DNA of 64,000 bases from Planctomycetota bacterium. Lineage in GTDB: Bacteria > Planctomycetota > UBA11346. Where the stretch lies: NCBI GenBank assembly GCA_038213805.1, contig JBBQSO010000012.1:21746-85745 (forward strand), read 5' to 3'. The notes under the pieces were generated by a model, which saw only the letters and a list, made by a program, of their open reading frames with translations, ran no database searches and was not told the origin of the DNA. The translations under genes were made by a program, and so were the position numbers. Positions 39,638-52,554 of the stretch are shown here, one piece after another (within the stretch, counting starts at the first letter, position 1; each line of letters opens with the position of its first letter).

Positions 39638-40426
39638 ATGGTCCTGACCCTCGCGATCACACTCGGGCTCGCACTGTGCGCGGCCGTGGTCGGATGGCGT
39701 GCGCCCCGGTCGCGGGCGCTGGGTGTGGGGGCGGTCGTGCTGGCACTCGTGGCGACCGCCAACGTCGCCTACTACGCGCACCGCTGCGATGATCTGCCGG
39801 GATACTTCCGCTATCGCACGTGGTGGTGGGCCGACCACGTGCCGGCGCTGTCCGGGTTCCTGGTCGGGTACTGCCTGAAGACCCTGGACCGCACTGCGCG
39901 ACTGGCGTCGACCGCGGCGTCCGCGCTGCTCGCGCTCGCCGCCATCGTCGGCCCGTGGGCCAAACCGCTGCTCCTGCCGCTCGATCAGCTCGACCCCGTC
40001 GGCCACTGGCAGGATGGCATCTGCATCCAGACCACCTCCAGCACCTGCGGACCGTGCGCGTTGACCAACCTGCTTCACCGGCATGGCATCGTCACCAGCG
40101 AGCGCGAATTGGCGTTCGAGGCCATGACCAGCGGCACCAGCACCGAACTCTGGTACCTGGCGCGCTGTGCCGAACGCCGCGGGTTCACCACGTCATTCGT
40201 GGCCGGCGATCAGGCGCTGCGACCCGATGCCATCATTGGCAAGGGGCTCGGCGGGACCGGTCATTTCATCGCAATCACCGCCGGCGCCGACGGCACGCTG
40301 GCCATCGCTGATTCCGTCGCCGGCGCCAGCCACGTCCCGCTCGCCAAGGCGCAGAAGCTGCTTGGGACGCCCGGCATGTCGTTGCTGGTGCATGGACTCC
40401 CGCCGCTGGTCCCGACTCCGCCGTGA
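39638..40426 (+). CDS. Membrane-anchored peptidase C39-like protein
   Basis: Four N-terminal TM segments; QTTSSTCGPCAL (Gln/Cys), GHF, IAD. Confidence 0.75.
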   Translation: MVLTLAITLGLALCAAVVGWRAPRSRALGVGAVVLALVATANVAYYAHRCDDLPGYFRYRTWWWADHVPALSGFLVGYCLKTLDRTARLASTAASALLALAAIVGPWAKPLLLPLDQLDPVGHWQDGICIQTTSSTCGPCALTNLLHRHGIVTSERELAFEAMTSGTSTELWYLARCAERRGFTTSFVAGDQALRPDAIIGKGLGGTGHFIAITAGADGTLAIADSVAGASHVPLAKAQKLLGTPGMSLLVHGLPPLVPTPP

Positions 40427-40556
40427 CGTGGATGCGCGCCATCCGCCATGCGGCCAAACGCCGCGGAAGATCGGCGTCGATGCGGGAAATACCATGACAG
40501 TCGGGAGTCTTGCCGTGGGTGCTTGACAGACTCGTTACTCACCCCCAGCTCCACGC

Positions 40557-41501
40557 TCAGAAATTCCCGCCCCCGCCCCCCGCATTGACCATCTCCGGAG
40601 TCGGCGAAGGCAGCTCTCCCGGCGCGTCGCGTCGCGGCAGCTTGCCGCTGTCGTCGTTCTGCGGGCCGAGGTAGGTCAGCGTGCGGGCATGCCCGGCGGC
40701 GTCGGCGAAGGTCCACTCGCCGATGCGCGCGCCGCGCGCATAGCCGCCGTTCGCGATCTGGTGGCCCTGGTCGTCCCAGAAGGTCCATACTCCGCAGCGC
40801 AGGTTGTCGCCGGCGCTGCGTTCCAGGTACCAGCCCTCGGCGAGGGTCCGCCCGTTGGCGTGGTATTCATGCCACGGGCCTAGCCGGCAGCCCTCGTTGT
40901 AGTGGCCCTCGTCGCGCAGACTGCCGTCCTCGCGCCAGCGCTTCCACAGGCCGAATTGCAGGCCGCCGCGGTGCAGGCCCTCGGCCATCGGCTTGCCGTT
41001 CTGGAAGAAGTAGCGCCAGCGCCCGGCATAATTTCCGTCGCTGGCGAGTGGCCCCTGCGCCTTGGTCGAGCCATCCGGCCAAGTCAGGGTGCAGGGCGCC
41101 GCCGGCAGGTCCTTCTCGACCTCCAAGAAGGGCTTGCCGGCGGTGAACAGCGCGAGTCGCGCCTGGAACTCGTCGCGGCTGTTGCCGGCGCCGGCGCCAC
41201 GCTCGAAGCGCTCGATGGCTTGGGCCTGCAGCTTCACCGCCTCGGCGTAGTCACCGGCCTGCGCGTAAGCGGTCGCGACGGTATCGACCATGTGCGGCGG
41301 CAGCGTGCCGGTGCCGCGCAGCTCCTTGGCGAAGGCCAACGCGGTCACCGCGTCGAGGCAGGAGGGCGCGGTCGCCACCACCCACGCATAGTTGTTGACG
41401 CGGGTCAGGAATTCGCCGCGGTCGGAGCTGGCGAGGCCTTCGACGGCGCGCGCCCCGGTCAGCGTCACGGCCAGCATAAGTAGGCATGCCGCGCGCATCA
41501 T
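40557..41501 (-). CDS. Secreted TPR + MORN-variant (YwqK-like) repeat protein
   Basis: Signal peptide; NNYAWVVAT...DTVATAYAQAGDYAEAV (TPR-like); repeats G.W.YF..NG....EG.Y. Confidence 0.75.
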   Translation of the reverse strand: MMRAACLLMLAVTLTGARAVEGLASSDRGEFLTRVNNYAWVVATAPSCLDAVTALAFAKELRGTGTLPPHMVDTVATAYAQAGDYAEAVKLQAQAIERFERGAGAGNSRDEFQARLALFTAGKPFLEVEKDLPAAPCTLTWPDGSTKAQGPLASDGNYAGRWRYFFQNGKPMAEGLHRGGLQFGLWKRWREDGSLRDEGHYNEGCRLGPWHEYHANGRTLAEGWYLERSAGDNLRCGVWTFWDDQGHQIANGGYARGARIGEWTFADAAGHARTLTYLGPQNDDSGKLPRRDAPGELPSPTPEMVNAGGGGGNF

Positions 41502-41998
41502 CGCGCCTCCCGTTCCGCTCCGGCGCGCCGCTGCCCGGCCGGCGCGCTGCTTGGCGCTGGCGCCGCGCCGAGCAGCGGCGCCAGTGCCGCCACTGCCTGC
41601 TCCAGGTCGGCGACCAGGTGTGCGCTGCTGCGCGTCAGCATGCAGTTGCCGCTGACGTCTTCAGCCGGCCGCCAGTCGGTGCGCAGCGCCACCACCGGCA
41701 GTCCGCGCGCATAGGCGTAGCCCATCTCGAAGGCGGTGCCGGAATCCGCGTCGGCGCCGTCGATCACCGCCAGCACCGCGTGCGCACGCTCGAGTTGACC
41801 CACGCACGCGGCGAAGATGCCGGCGAAATCCGGGCGCTTGCCCGCTGGCGCATCGTAGATCGCGCAGAATTCCTGGGGCAAAAGCAGTTCGACGCCGGGC
41901 AGGCGGGTGCGCAGCAACCCGGCGTTGGCGGCGTTCCACGCGCGCTCGGCGGCGGTGAAGAGGGGGCCGGCATAGTACAGCACGGGGCGGTCGCTCAT
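41498..41998 (-). CDS. Nucleoside 2-deoxyribosyltransferase family protein
   Basis: YYAGPLF, LPQE, DSGTAFEMGYA, RTDWR, NCML. Confidence 0.88.
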   Translation of the reverse strand: MSDRPVLYYAGPLFTAAERAWNAANAGLLRTRLPGVELLLPQEFCAIYDAPAGKRPDFAGIFAACVGQLERAHAVLAVIDGADADSGTAFEMGYAYARGLPVVALRTDWRPAEDVSGNCMLTRSSAHLVADLEQAVAALAPLLGAAPAPSSAPAGQRRAGAEREAR

Positions 41999-42003
41999 GG
42001 CGG

Positions 42004-42642
42004 TCAGCGTTGCGGATCGTTGCGGTCGGCGGCCGTCGGTCGCACCGGGACTCCGTGCGCCAGGACCTGGTCGAGGCCCTCCGAGAACGGGATGATCATG
42101 CCTTCGCCCGCGGCGCTGAGCACGATGTAGCAGCTGTCGACGTAGCCGAACAGCGTCCAGCGGCGCAGCGGCACGGGCGTGTACGCGACCACCGACCCGG
42201 GGCCCGGCGCCGGATGGGCGACCGCGCTGAAGCGCTCGCGGCCGCGGCCGGTATCGTACTCGTCGTCGACGGCGCGCCCGTCACGGTGCGCGTCCGACCA
42301 GTAGGAGAGCCTGCCGAGCACCGCGTGCCCGCGCAGCAGCACCTCGATGCGCGGCATCAGTGCGAGGTGGCCTAGGCACAGCAGAGTGACGCCGAGCACC
42401 GCCAGGCTGGTAACGGCCGCGCGCCGCAGCCAGCCGCGCCCGCAGGCCAGCGACCAGCCGATGCCCAGCCCGCCGCCGATCGTGGCCGACACCGCCATGG
42501 CCGGTATGATCCAGTCCGGTCCGACCATCACCGCCGCGGCCGGCAGCATCAGGCAGATCGCGCCGACCAGGAACTGTGGCAGACCCGGGCGTTCAGGCAG
42601 CAGCCAGCGCATCCAGGCAGGATCGGGAACCGTCTCGGCCAT
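42004..42642 (-). CDS. Hypothetical membrane protein
   Basis: Three hydrophobic segments then a soluble beta-rich tail; 5-nt gap to the downstream gene; start uncertain. Confidence 0.55.
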   Translation of the reverse strand: MAETVPDPAWMRWLLPERPGLPQFLVGAICLMLPAAAVMVGPDWIIPAMAVSATIGGGLGIGWSLACGRGWLRRAAVTSLAVLGVTLLCLGHLALMPRIEVLLRGHAVLGRLSYWSDAHRDGRAVDDEYDTGRGRERFSAVAHPAPGPGSVVAYTPVPLRRWTLFGYVDSCYIVLSAAGEGMIIPFSEGLDQVLAHGVPVRPTAADRNDPQR

Positions 42643-42719
42643 CCCTACCAGCATGGCCGGCGGGGGCGGCGCGCCAACCGGCAGTGGGGGGGAGGGCGGG
42701 GGGTGTGGCAGGGGGGACG

Positions 42720-42822
42720 GGAGACGCGAGACCCTAGACCCTCGATGCGAGAACGTGGACTGTGGCGACGCGCCATGAGTCGCGAGACGCGAGCTCGAAG
42801 CTCGAGACTCACAACTCGCAGC
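42720..42822. repeat. Degenerate heptamer repeat cluster (GAGACGC/GAGCTCG family)
   Basis: GAGTCGCGAGACGCGAGCTCGAAGCTCGAGACTCACAACTCGCAGC in a divergent intergenic region. Confidence 0.6.
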
Positions 42823-42894
42823 CAGGAATTCGTCAGGCGCAGCGCGCGGCGGCGGTCCCCATTGCAACCCGCTGCGACCAGCCACCGTACCGCC

Positions 42895-43473
42895 ATGGTC
42901 AGGCTCGATCGCATCACCACACGCAGCGGCGACGGCGGCGAGACCGGGCTGGGCGATGGTACGCGCCTGCCCAAGGACCACGCCCTGATCGCGGCGCTGG
43001 GCACCGTCGATGAGGCCAACAGCCTGCTCGGCGTGGTGCGCCTCGAGGCGCTCGGCGACGCGGTCGCGGCCGAGCTGCCGCGGGTGCAGAATGACCTCTT
43101 CGACCTCGGCGCCGACCTCGCCATGCCGCCCGGCACGCAGTGGGAGGACAAGGTCCCGCGCATCACCGCCGCCCAGGTCGCGCGCCTCGACGCAGCGCTG
43201 GAGGAGGCCAATGCCGGCCTCCTGCCGCTGACCAGCTTCGTGCTGCCGGCCGGCAGCCGCGCCGCGGCCCATCTTCACCTGGTGCGCTGCGTGGTGCGCC
43301 GCGCCGAGCGCGATTTGGTCGCGGCCCGCCACGCGCTGCCGGAGCGCGTCTTCAACCCCGAGTGCCTGCGCTACCTCAACCGGCTCTCCGACCTGTGCTT
43401 CGTGTGGGCGCGCCAGGCCAACGACGGTGGCCGTGGCGACGTGCTGTGGCGCCCGGGCGGCGCTCCGCCGTGA
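42895..43473 (+). CDS. PduO-type ATP:cob(I)alamin adenosyltransferase
   Basis: ITTRSGDGGETGL, GTVDEANS, QNDLFDLGADL, FVLPAG, RRAER, YLNRLSDL. Confidence 0.93.
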   Translation: MVRLDRITTRSGDGGETGLGDGTRLPKDHALIAALGTVDEANSLLGVVRLEALGDAVAAELPRVQNDLFDLGADLAMPPGTQWEDKVPRITAAQVARLDAALEEANAGLLPLTSFVLPAGSRAAAHLHLVRCVVRRAERDLVAARHALPERVFNPECLRYLNRLSDLCFVWARQANDGGRGDVLWRPGGAPP

Positions 43474-44507
43474 TCGTCATCCCGGCGGGCGACGCCCGCC
43501 TGTCGTACTTCGGCCCGCAGCCGGTCGAGCGCGAGGGCGGCGGCGCCGTCCGCGTCGAACGCTTCCCGCGCGCCGTGCACGAAGCGCTCGCCGGACAGCT
43601 GGGACCGCTCGCCAACCTGCGCTCGTCGAGCGGCTGCGCTTTGCTGCTGCGCACCGACAGCCCGCGCGTGGCGCTGCGCCTGGAACGCCTGCGCCACCAC
43701 CAGCTGGTGCCCTGCGGCATCGCCATGGAGGTCGAGCGCGACGACGGCTGGCACGCCGTCGACAGTCCCGACCTGCGTGAGCAGGGTGGCGACCTGGTGG
43801 TCGGCCTGCCCACCGGACTGGAGCGTGGCGGCGCGCTGCGCACCGTCGCGCTGTGGCTGCCGCTGATCTCGACGGCGGCAGTGGCGGGCGTGCAGGTCAC
43901 TGATGGCGCGCGCGTCGAACAGGCCGCGCCGCCCGCGCCGCGCTGGCTGGCGATCGGCGACAGCCTGACCCAGGGCTTCAGCGTGCAGTCGCCGCTCCAG
44001 GGCTGGGTGCACCGCCTCAGCCGGCGCTGGAACCTGCCGGCCTGGAATCTCGGCGTCGGCGGCATCCGCATCGAGCCCGCCGCCTTCGCCTGGGCATTGG
44101 CCGCGCGCCGCTGGGACCTGGTGACCATCTCGCTTGGCAGCAACCACGCCTGGAAGGAGTCCGACGTCGAGCCGGTCGCCGCGCGCGCTGGCGAACTCGC
44201 GGAGCTCGCCCTTGCCGGCGGTCACGGCCGCGTGGCCTGGTGCCTGCCGCCGTGGAAACCCTGCGAAGAGGGCAAGGGCCCGCCCGACTTCGCCGGCGTG
44301 CCCCTCGACCGCGCCACCGGCGCGCGCGTCCAGCGCGTGCGCGACGCGCTGCGCGCCCGGCTCGCCAGCTACGCCCCGCGCCTGCTCGTGGTCGACGACC
44401 TCATGCCGCACGATGCGCGCTACTATCCCGATGGCCTGCACCCGTTCGCGATCGGCTGCGCGAAGTATGCGGATGCGCTGGACCAGGCGCTGAACGGAAC
44501 CCGATAA
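43470..44507 (+). CDS. SGNH/GDSL hydrolase
   Basis: GTGA-coupled to the adenosyltransferase; GDSLTQG, NLGVGG, GSN, DGLHP. Confidence 0.85.
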   Translation: MIVIPAGDARLSYFGPQPVEREGGGAVRVERFPRAVHEALAGQLGPLANLRSSSGCALLLRTDSPRVALRLERLRHHQLVPCGIAMEVERDDGWHAVDSPDLREQGGDLVVGLPTGLERGGALRTVALWLPLISTAAVAGVQVTDGARVEQAAPPAPRWLAIGDSLTQGFSVQSPLQGWVHRLSRRWNLPAWNLGVGGIRIEPAAFAWALAARRWDLVTISLGSNHAWKESDVEPVAARAGELAELALAGGHGRVAWCLPPWKPCEEGKGPPDFAGVPLDRATGARVQRVRDALRARLASYAPRLLVVDDLMPHDARYYPDGLHPFAIGCAKYADALDQALNGTR

Positions 44508-44651
44508 AACAGGAGACGCGGAGACGCGGAGATCGGAGGAGGACGACCTGGGGAGGAAGCGTCCCGCCTCCCAGGAGGCGCGGATTCTCGGAAGCAGGTG
44601 CGATCCGCCCGCGCTTCCTCCTCCGGTCTCCGCGTCTCCGCGCCTCCTGTT
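44501..44651. repeat. REPIN-like inverted-repeat element, copy A
   Basis: Left arm CCGATAAAACAGGAGACGCGGAGACGCGGAGATCGGAGGAGG; right arm CCTCCTCCGGTCTCCGCGTCTCCGCGCCTCCTGTT. Confidence 0.85.
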
Positions 44652-44690
44652 CGATCCAGCTGTTTGTTGTCCCCACTTCGCGGAAGACGC

Positions 44691-45710
<1,020 letters not shown>

Positions 45711-46028
45711 GGCGGCAGGATACGGGGGGGTGGGGGGTGCGAAAGGGCGTCGTGAGTCGCGACGGCGGTGGGGATGCCCGCGGCGCGCGGGTGGGGATGC
45801 GGGACGCGACGGTGAGGTCCGAGACTCGCGACCGGGGTGACCAGGGGCGAGTGGGTCCGTGAACCCCCGGGGCGCCGATTCCACACGGGGCAAAGTGGCC
45901 ACGTGGCGCCTGGCGCCTCCTCCCCTGCGCCCGCCCCGGCCGGGGGTCAAACCGCCTTGCCCCCCGGACCACGCCTCTACCATGCGACCTCCCTTGGAGC
46001 CCCCTTGCCCCCGGCGACCCCTGTCCGC

Positions 46029-48632
46029 GTGCCCTTCGTAGTGGCCAGCCTGCTCTGGGCGGCGGTCGCGCAGGGCGAGGACCAGCCCACGCCGCCGGCT
46101 GCAACCACGACGCCAGCGGGCACCTCCGTCGCACCGGCCCCGCCCGCGCCCTCGCAGGTCGCGCCGCCGCACGCGGCTGACGAGGCCGCCCCGCCCGCAC
46201 CGGTCCCCGCTCCGGCACCGGTCCCCGCGCCCGCGCCCATCCCGATCCCTACGCCCGCGCCGGCGGTCCCGCCGCCCTCGCTGGCCCCGGTGCGTCCCGG
46301 CCAGCGCATCATCACCGAAGTGGTCATCGAGGGCGCGCATAACATCCACCCCGACCGCATCCGCTATTTGATCAGCACGCGCGTAGGCAAGGTCTACGAC
46401 GAACTCTCGCTGCTCGACGACGTCAAGCTCATCGAGCGCATGGGGCCATTCACCAAGACCGAACGCAAGGTCGTGCTGAACGACGACGGCACGGTGAAGG
46501 TCATCTTCCAGGTCGTCGAGCTGCCCTACGTCAGCGCGGTGACCTTCGGCGACCTCAGCTATTTCGACCGCACCGGCGCCGAAAAGGTCGTGCAGACCAA
46601 GGTCGGCGGCTACGTCAACCCGCTGATCCTCGAGAACGACCGCCGCGCCCTGGAGCGCTACTACCAGGACAAGGGCTACCGCTTCGCGCAGGTCAAGGTC
46701 GAGCAGAGCGCCGATCGCGGCAACGTCGCGATCAACTTCGCCCTCGACCTGGGTAGTGAGATCAAGGTCGGCCGCATCGTCTACCTGGGCCTGCCGCACG
46801 GTCCCGCCGGCGGAGTGTTCCCACGCCAGCTCAACCAGGGGCTGATCAACGGTCCTGGCGGCCCCTACCACGCCGAGTTGATGTCGCTCGATCAGGGCAT
46901 GGTCGCGCAGGCCATCCAGGATCTCGGCTGGCTCGATGCGACCCTTGGCGAGACCCGCGTCGAGCAGAACGACTACGTGCGTCCCTTCGAGGCGCGCGAG
47001 CGCCACGGCCCGCAGTTCGCGCCCGATGGGCGCTACGACGACACCGTCGTGCTGGTTTATCAGGTCGATCCGGGCGAGCGCTACGCGCTGGGCAGCGTCA
47101 GCTTCGTCGGCAACACCGTGGCCAGCGGCGAACAGCTGCGCGAAGCCTTCGGCATGGCCGACGGCGCGCCCTTCAAGCGCCGGGACGTCGAGGCCGCCAC
47201 CGAGCGCGCGCGGCGCGTCATCGGCAACCAGGGCTACGCCCAGTGCCGGATGTTCCCCGACCGGCGCCTCGACCTCAAGACCCACCAGGTCCACCTGGTG
47301 ATGCACGTCGAAGAGGGCGATAAGTACCACATCGGCCGCGTCGACATCCACGGCAACTACCAGACCAAGGACGCGGTGCTGCGCCGCGCCATGCAGCTGA
47401 AGCCCGGCGACCTGTGGAACGACGACGACAAGGACGAGTCGACCCGCCAGCTCGAGCGCACCGGCCTGTTCCGCAAGGGCGGTTACGACCACCCGCTGCG
47501 CGTCTCGCCGCGCTTCCCACCCGACCGCCCGGGCGAGTCCGACCTGATCGTCGACGTCGACGAGGACAACACCGGCTCGCTCAACTTCCAGGTCGGCTTC
47601 AGCTCTGGCTCGGGCATCTTCCTGCAGGCTGGCTACGGCGAGCGCAATTTCGACCTGTGGGGCCTGCTCTCGGGCGGCTTCGACCACTGGCGCGGCGGCG
47701 GGCAGAGCCTCGACACCAGCGTGTCGTGGAGCAAGGAGCGCACCAGCATCGGCGCGTCGTGGACCAACCCCCACGTCTACGACGGTCCCTACGCGCTGAC
47801 CGTGGCGGCCAGCCGCATCGACTCGACCCAGCTCGAGTGGCGCGAGATCCGCACCATCAGCTCGGTGACCGCCGGGCGCAGCTTCCTGCGCAACGACCTC
47901 AACCTCAGCCTGGGCTACAGCTATACCGACCTCAAGATCAGCGACGTGGCCGCCGACGCGCCCAACGACGCGCTGGCCCGCGCCGGCAAGTACTTCCTCA
48001 ACACCCTGACCCTCAACCAGAGCTACGACCGCCTCGACAACCCGCGCATCCCGACCAAGGGCTACCTGCTCGCGGCCAGCCAGGCGCTGACCGGGAAGCT
48101 GCTCAGCGCCACCGAACCGTTCTGGGAATACTCGCTCAAGGCCGACCATTTCCTGCCGCTGTTCGAAGGTGATGAGGGCGGCGTGACCTACTTCCACACC
48201 ACGGCGCGCTGGCGGCAGATCCGCGCCCTGGACGACAGCGGCGTGGTGCCGTTCTACCAGCGCTACTTCGGCGGCGGCCCCTCGCCCCGCCACCGCGGCT
48301 TCGAGCAGTTCAAGCTCACCCCGAAGGAGCTCAACCGCAACGGCCTGACCTCCGACCTCGGTGGCACCACCGACGCGATCATCTCCGGCGAGTTCTCGGT
48401 GCCCGTGCAGGGCGTCAACGAGGGGCTGCGTCTGGCCGCCTTCTTCGACTACGGCAACGTCTGGGGCGCGGGCGAGCAGATCGACCTGTCCTCGATGCGC
48501 ACCGCGGTCGGTTTCGGCGTGCGCTTCCCGATCGCCCTGCCGGTGTCGCTCGATTTCGCCTTCCTGCTCGATGCCAAGCCCGGGGAGTCGCCCGCGCAGG
48601 TCCAGTTCACCCTCGGCCAGGTGCGTTTCTGA
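46029..48632 (+). CDS. bamA: Outer membrane protein assembly factor BamA
   Basis: Pro/Ala linker, five POTRA-like units (e.g. [12 protein letters not shown]), barrel from [20 protein letters not shown]-terminal Phe; upstream of skp-lpxD. Start uncertain. Confidence 0.92.
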   Translation: MPFVVASLLWAAVAQGEDQPTPPAATTTPAGTSVAPAPPAPSQVAPPHAADEAAPPAPVPAPAPVPAPAPIPIPTPAPAVPPPSLAPVRPGQRIITEVVIEGAHNIHPDRIRYLISTRVGKVYDELSLLDDVKLIERMGPFTKTERKVVLNDDGTVKVIFQVVELPYVSAVTFGDLSYFDRTGAEKVVQTKVGGYVNPLILENDRRALERYYQDKGYRFAQVKVEQSADRGNVAINFALDLGSEIKVGRIVYLGLPHGPAGGVFPRQLNQGLINGPGGPYHAELMSLDQGMVAQAIQDLGWLDATLGETRVEQNDYVRPFEARERHGPQFAPDGRYDDTVVLVYQVDPGERYALGSVSFVGNTVASGEQLREAFGMADGAPFKRRDVEAATERARRVIGNQGYAQCRMFPDRRLDLKTHQVHLVMHVEEGDKYHIGRVDIHGNYQTKDAVLRRAMQLKPGDLWNDDDKDESTRQLERTGLFRKGGYDHPLRVSPRFPPDRPGESDLIVDVDEDNTGSLNFQVGFSSGSGIFLQAGYGERNFDLWGLLSGGFDHWRGGGQSLDTSVSWSKERTSIGASWTNPHVYDGPYALTVAASRIDSTQLEWREIRTISSVTAGRSFLRNDLNLSLGYSYTDLKISDVAADAPNDALARAGKYFLNTLTLNQSYDRLDNPRIPTKGYLLAASQALTGKLLSATEPFWEYSLKADHFLPLFEGDEGGVTYFHTTARWRQIRALDDSGVVPFYQRYFGGGPSPRHRGFEQFKLTPKELNRNGLTSDLGGTTDAIISGEFSVPVQGVNEGLRLAAFFDYGNVWGAGEQIDLSSMRTAVGFGVRFPIALPVSLDFAFLLDAKPGESPAQVQFTLGQVRF

Positions 48633-48714
48633 GCGCCGCCGGATCCCCGGCAAGAACCGCGTGACCGTGCCGGCGGCGGATCTACCATCACCACCCACCA
48701 TCGAGGCCATCCCC

Positions 48715-49377
48715 ATGCGCGTCGCGCTCACCCTCCTGCTCCTGGTCGCCGCCACCGCCGGCCCCACCCTGTCCGCCGCCGACGCCCACCCGCTGCACAT
48801 CGTGGTGCTGCGCCTCGAGGACGTGCTGCGCAACGCCAAGCTCTACAGCGTGCGCATGGAGGGGCTGAAGAAGGAGAAGGCCGATGCCGACGCCAAGCTC
48901 AAGCAGTTCTCGGAACAGCAGCAGCAGCTCGACAACCAGATCCAGGCGCTGAACCCCGGCAACGAGCGCTACTTCCAGGCCGCCGAAGAGGCCGAGGTCA
49001 TCAAGGTGCGCGCCAAGTTCTACATGGACCGCGCGCGCGCGGTGCTGGAGCGCAAGAACGCCACCGCGCTCAAGGAGTGCTACGCCACCGTGCGCGCCAC
49101 GCTCAAGGACTACTGCCGCGAGAAGGGCATCGACCTGGTCGAGCTCGCGCCCAACCCCGAGGTCCAGGCCAACCCAGAGAACATCCAGCTGCAGCTCGGC
49201 CTGCAGACCGTGCTCTACTACGACCCGTCCCTCGACGTCACCGACGCCTTCATCGCCTACCTGAACGCGCGCTACGCCGCCGAGGCCTCTGCGCCCACGC
49301 CGCTGCCCGGTCCGGTCCAGGCCCCGCTGCCCGGTCCGGTGGCGGCGCCGGCTCCGGCCCAGCCAACGGGGAAGTGA
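48715..49377 (+). CDS. skp: OmpH/Skp periplasmic chaperone
   Basis: Signal peptide, coiled coil, [18 protein letters not shown]; between bamA and lpxD. Confidence 0.82.
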   Translation: MRVALTLLLLVAATAGPTLSAADAHPLHIVVLRLEDVLRNAKLYSVRMEGLKKEKADADAKLKQFSEQQQQLDNQIQALNPGNERYFQAAEEAEVIKVRAKFYMDRARAVLERKNATALKECYATVRATLKDYCREKGIDLVELAPNPEVQANPENIQLQLGLQTVLYYDPSLDVTDAFIAYLNARYAAEASAPTPLPGPVQAPLPGPVAAPAPAQPTGK

Positions 49378-49378
49378 C

Positions 49379-50454
<1,076 letters not shown>

Positions 50455-50458
<4 letters not shown>

Positions 50459-51750
50459 CCGCGCAGCGCACCATCGCCGCCGAGGTCAGCGTCTCCGGCA
50501 TCGGCCTGCACTCCGGCGAGGCCTGCACGGTGGTCTTCCGCCCGGCGCCGCCCGGCACCGGCATGGTCTTCATCCGCGTCGACCTGCCCGGTCGCCCATC
50601 CATCAAGTCGCACCCCAGCCGGCTGTGCCAGCGCATGCGCCGCACCGCGCTGGCCGCGACCGTCGCCGGCGTCGAGGTCGAGGTGCACACCACCGAGCAC
50701 TTCCTCGCCGCCGCCACCGGCCTCGGTCTGGACAACCTCTTCATCGAGCTCGACGCGGTCGAGTTCCCCGGCCTCGACGGCTCGGCGCTCGACTTCGCGA
50801 ACTGCCTGCGCGGCGCCGGGATCGTCGAGCAGGCCGCGGCGCGGCCCTACTTCGACGTCACCGAGGCGGTCGCGGTGTCCGACGGCAAGAGTTCGATCGT
50901 CGCCCTGCCCTACCGCCACGGCCTGAAGATCACCTACAGCCTTGACGACCACGGCGGCGCGCTCGGCGGCCCGCAGATGGTCGAGGTCGAGCTGACCGAG
51001 GAGTCGTTCGTCCGCGAGATCGCCCCGGCGCGCACCTTCTGCATGGCCAAGGAGGTCGAGATGCTGCGCGCGCTCGGCCTGGGCAAGGGCGCGACCACCC
51101 AGAACACCTGCGTCTACGACGGCACGCGCATCATCGACAACGAGCTGCGCTTCAAGGACGAGGCCGCCCGCCACAAGATCCTCGACCTGATCGGCGACCT
51201 CGCGCACGCCACCAAGCGCCTCAACTGCCACCTCATCGCGGTGCGTACCGGCCACCAGCAGAACATGCTGCTCGTCCAGGAACTCAACCGCCGCATCGAA
51301 GCCGCCGAGAAGCCCGCCTTCGTCTTCGACGCCGCGCGCATCCTCGAGCTGTTGCCGCACCGCTACCCGTTCCTGCTCGTCGACCGCATCCTCGACTTCG
51401 AGGACGGCAAGCGCATCACCGGCCTCAAGAACGTCACCATCAACGAACCGTTCTTCCAGGGCCACTTCCCCGGCCACCCGGTGATGCCGGCGGTGCTGCA
51501 GCTCGAGGCCATGGCCCAGGTCGGCGCGGTGATGCTGATGAACAGCCCCGACAACAAGGACAAGATCCCGTACTTCATGAGCCTGGACAAGGTCAAGTTC
51601 CGCCGCCCGATCCACCCCGGCGACCAGCTGCGCATTGAGGTCGAGGTGCTGCGCCTGCGCACGCGCATGTCCGCCTGCCAGGGCCGCATCCTGGTCGATG
51701 GCCAGTTGTGCTGCGAGGCCGAGATCCGCGCGATGATGATGGAGCGGTAG
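50455..51750 (+). CDS. lpxC-fabZ: Bifunctional LpxC deacetylase / FabZ dehydratase fusion
   Basis: QRTI, GIGLHSG, TEHFLAA, IAPARTF, RHKILDLIGDL (LpxC); LPHRYPFLLVDR, FFQGHFPG, EAMAQ (FabZ). Confidence 0.95.
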
Positions 51751-51776
51751 TCCGGGCTTAGGACAGCCGGACAGCG

Positions 51777-51938
51777 AACCGGAGGCGCGGAGACCGGAGG
51801 AGGACAGCGGAAATCGGCCTTCGCTCTGCCGGCGATCGCCTGGCCGCTTGGGGATCGCTGGAGCGCACAGCGGTCATCACGGATCTTCCACCCTCCTCCG
51901 ATCTCCGCGGCTCCGCGCCTCCTGTTTTATCGGCTGTC
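51777..51938. repeat. REPIN-like inverted-repeat element, copy B (opposite orientation)
   Basis: Left arm AACCGGAGGCGCGGAGACCGGAGGAGG; right arm CCTCCTCCGATCTCCGCGGCTCCGCGCCTCCTGTTTTATCGGCTGTC. Confidence 0.85.
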
Positions 51939-52023
51939 TGACCCTCTGCTCCCAGTGCGCTGCGAGATGGTCAGGGCGGGCCGGGCACTTGGCGCGCTGC
52001 CCCGGCTGGCGTAGACTGGTGCC

Positions 52024-52554
52024 ATGGACCCTGCTGCTGGCATGCTCCTGGTCGCAAGCCCACGGCTCGAAGACGCCAACTTCCGCCACAGCGTGGTCTA
52101 TCTGGTCGAGCACAACGAAACCGGCACCCTTGGCTTCATCATCAACCGCCCGCTCGAACTGCCGCTCAGCGAACTGTGGAGCGAGGTCCCGCCCGGCCTT
52201 GCCGTGGCGCGCCTGGCCGGCGAGGGGGGTCCGGTCGACCGCCACAAGGGCCTGCTGCTGCACGCCTGCATGGACCTCGCCGGCGCCCACCCGGTCTCGC
52301 CCACGGTCGCCGTCGGTGGCGACGCCGCCGCGCTCGCCGCGCGCTGGCCCGACGGCGGTGACGTCAGCGGCCCGCGCCTGTTCCTCGGCCACAGTGGCTG
52401 GGGCCTCGGCCAGCTCGACCGCGAACTTGAGGAGGGTGCATGGATCCTGCGCCCGGGCCGGCCGGAACTGCTGTTCGATCCGCATCCGCCGACCGGCCTG
52501 TGGCAGCAGCTGATCGAGGGCCGCTACGGGATGCCGGATCCCAGCCGGAACTAG
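52024..52554 (+). CDS. YqgE/AlgH family protein
   Basis: LLVASP..D.NF..SVVY, GFIINRP, GGPV, GHSGWGLGQL, W-ending helix, PSRN C-terminus. Confidence 0.9.
   Translation: MDPAAGMLLVASPRLEDANFRHSVVYLVEHNETGTLGFIINRPLELPLSELWSEVPPGLAVARLAGEGGPVDRHKGLLLHACMDLAGAHPVSPTVAVGGDAAALAARWPDGGDVSGPRLFLGHSGWGLGQLDRELEEGAWILRPGRPELLFDPHPPTGLWQQLIEGRYGMPDPSRN

Noticed and set aside
42655..42894. Cobalamin riboswitch upstream of the adenosyltransferase
   Set aside because: No B12-box or other conserved elements seen; the region is explained by degenerate heptamer repeats.
46085..46295. Pro/Ala low-complexity repeats at the start of bamA
   Set aside because: Ordinary flexible linker after the signal peptide; the five POTRA domains and barrel look normal.
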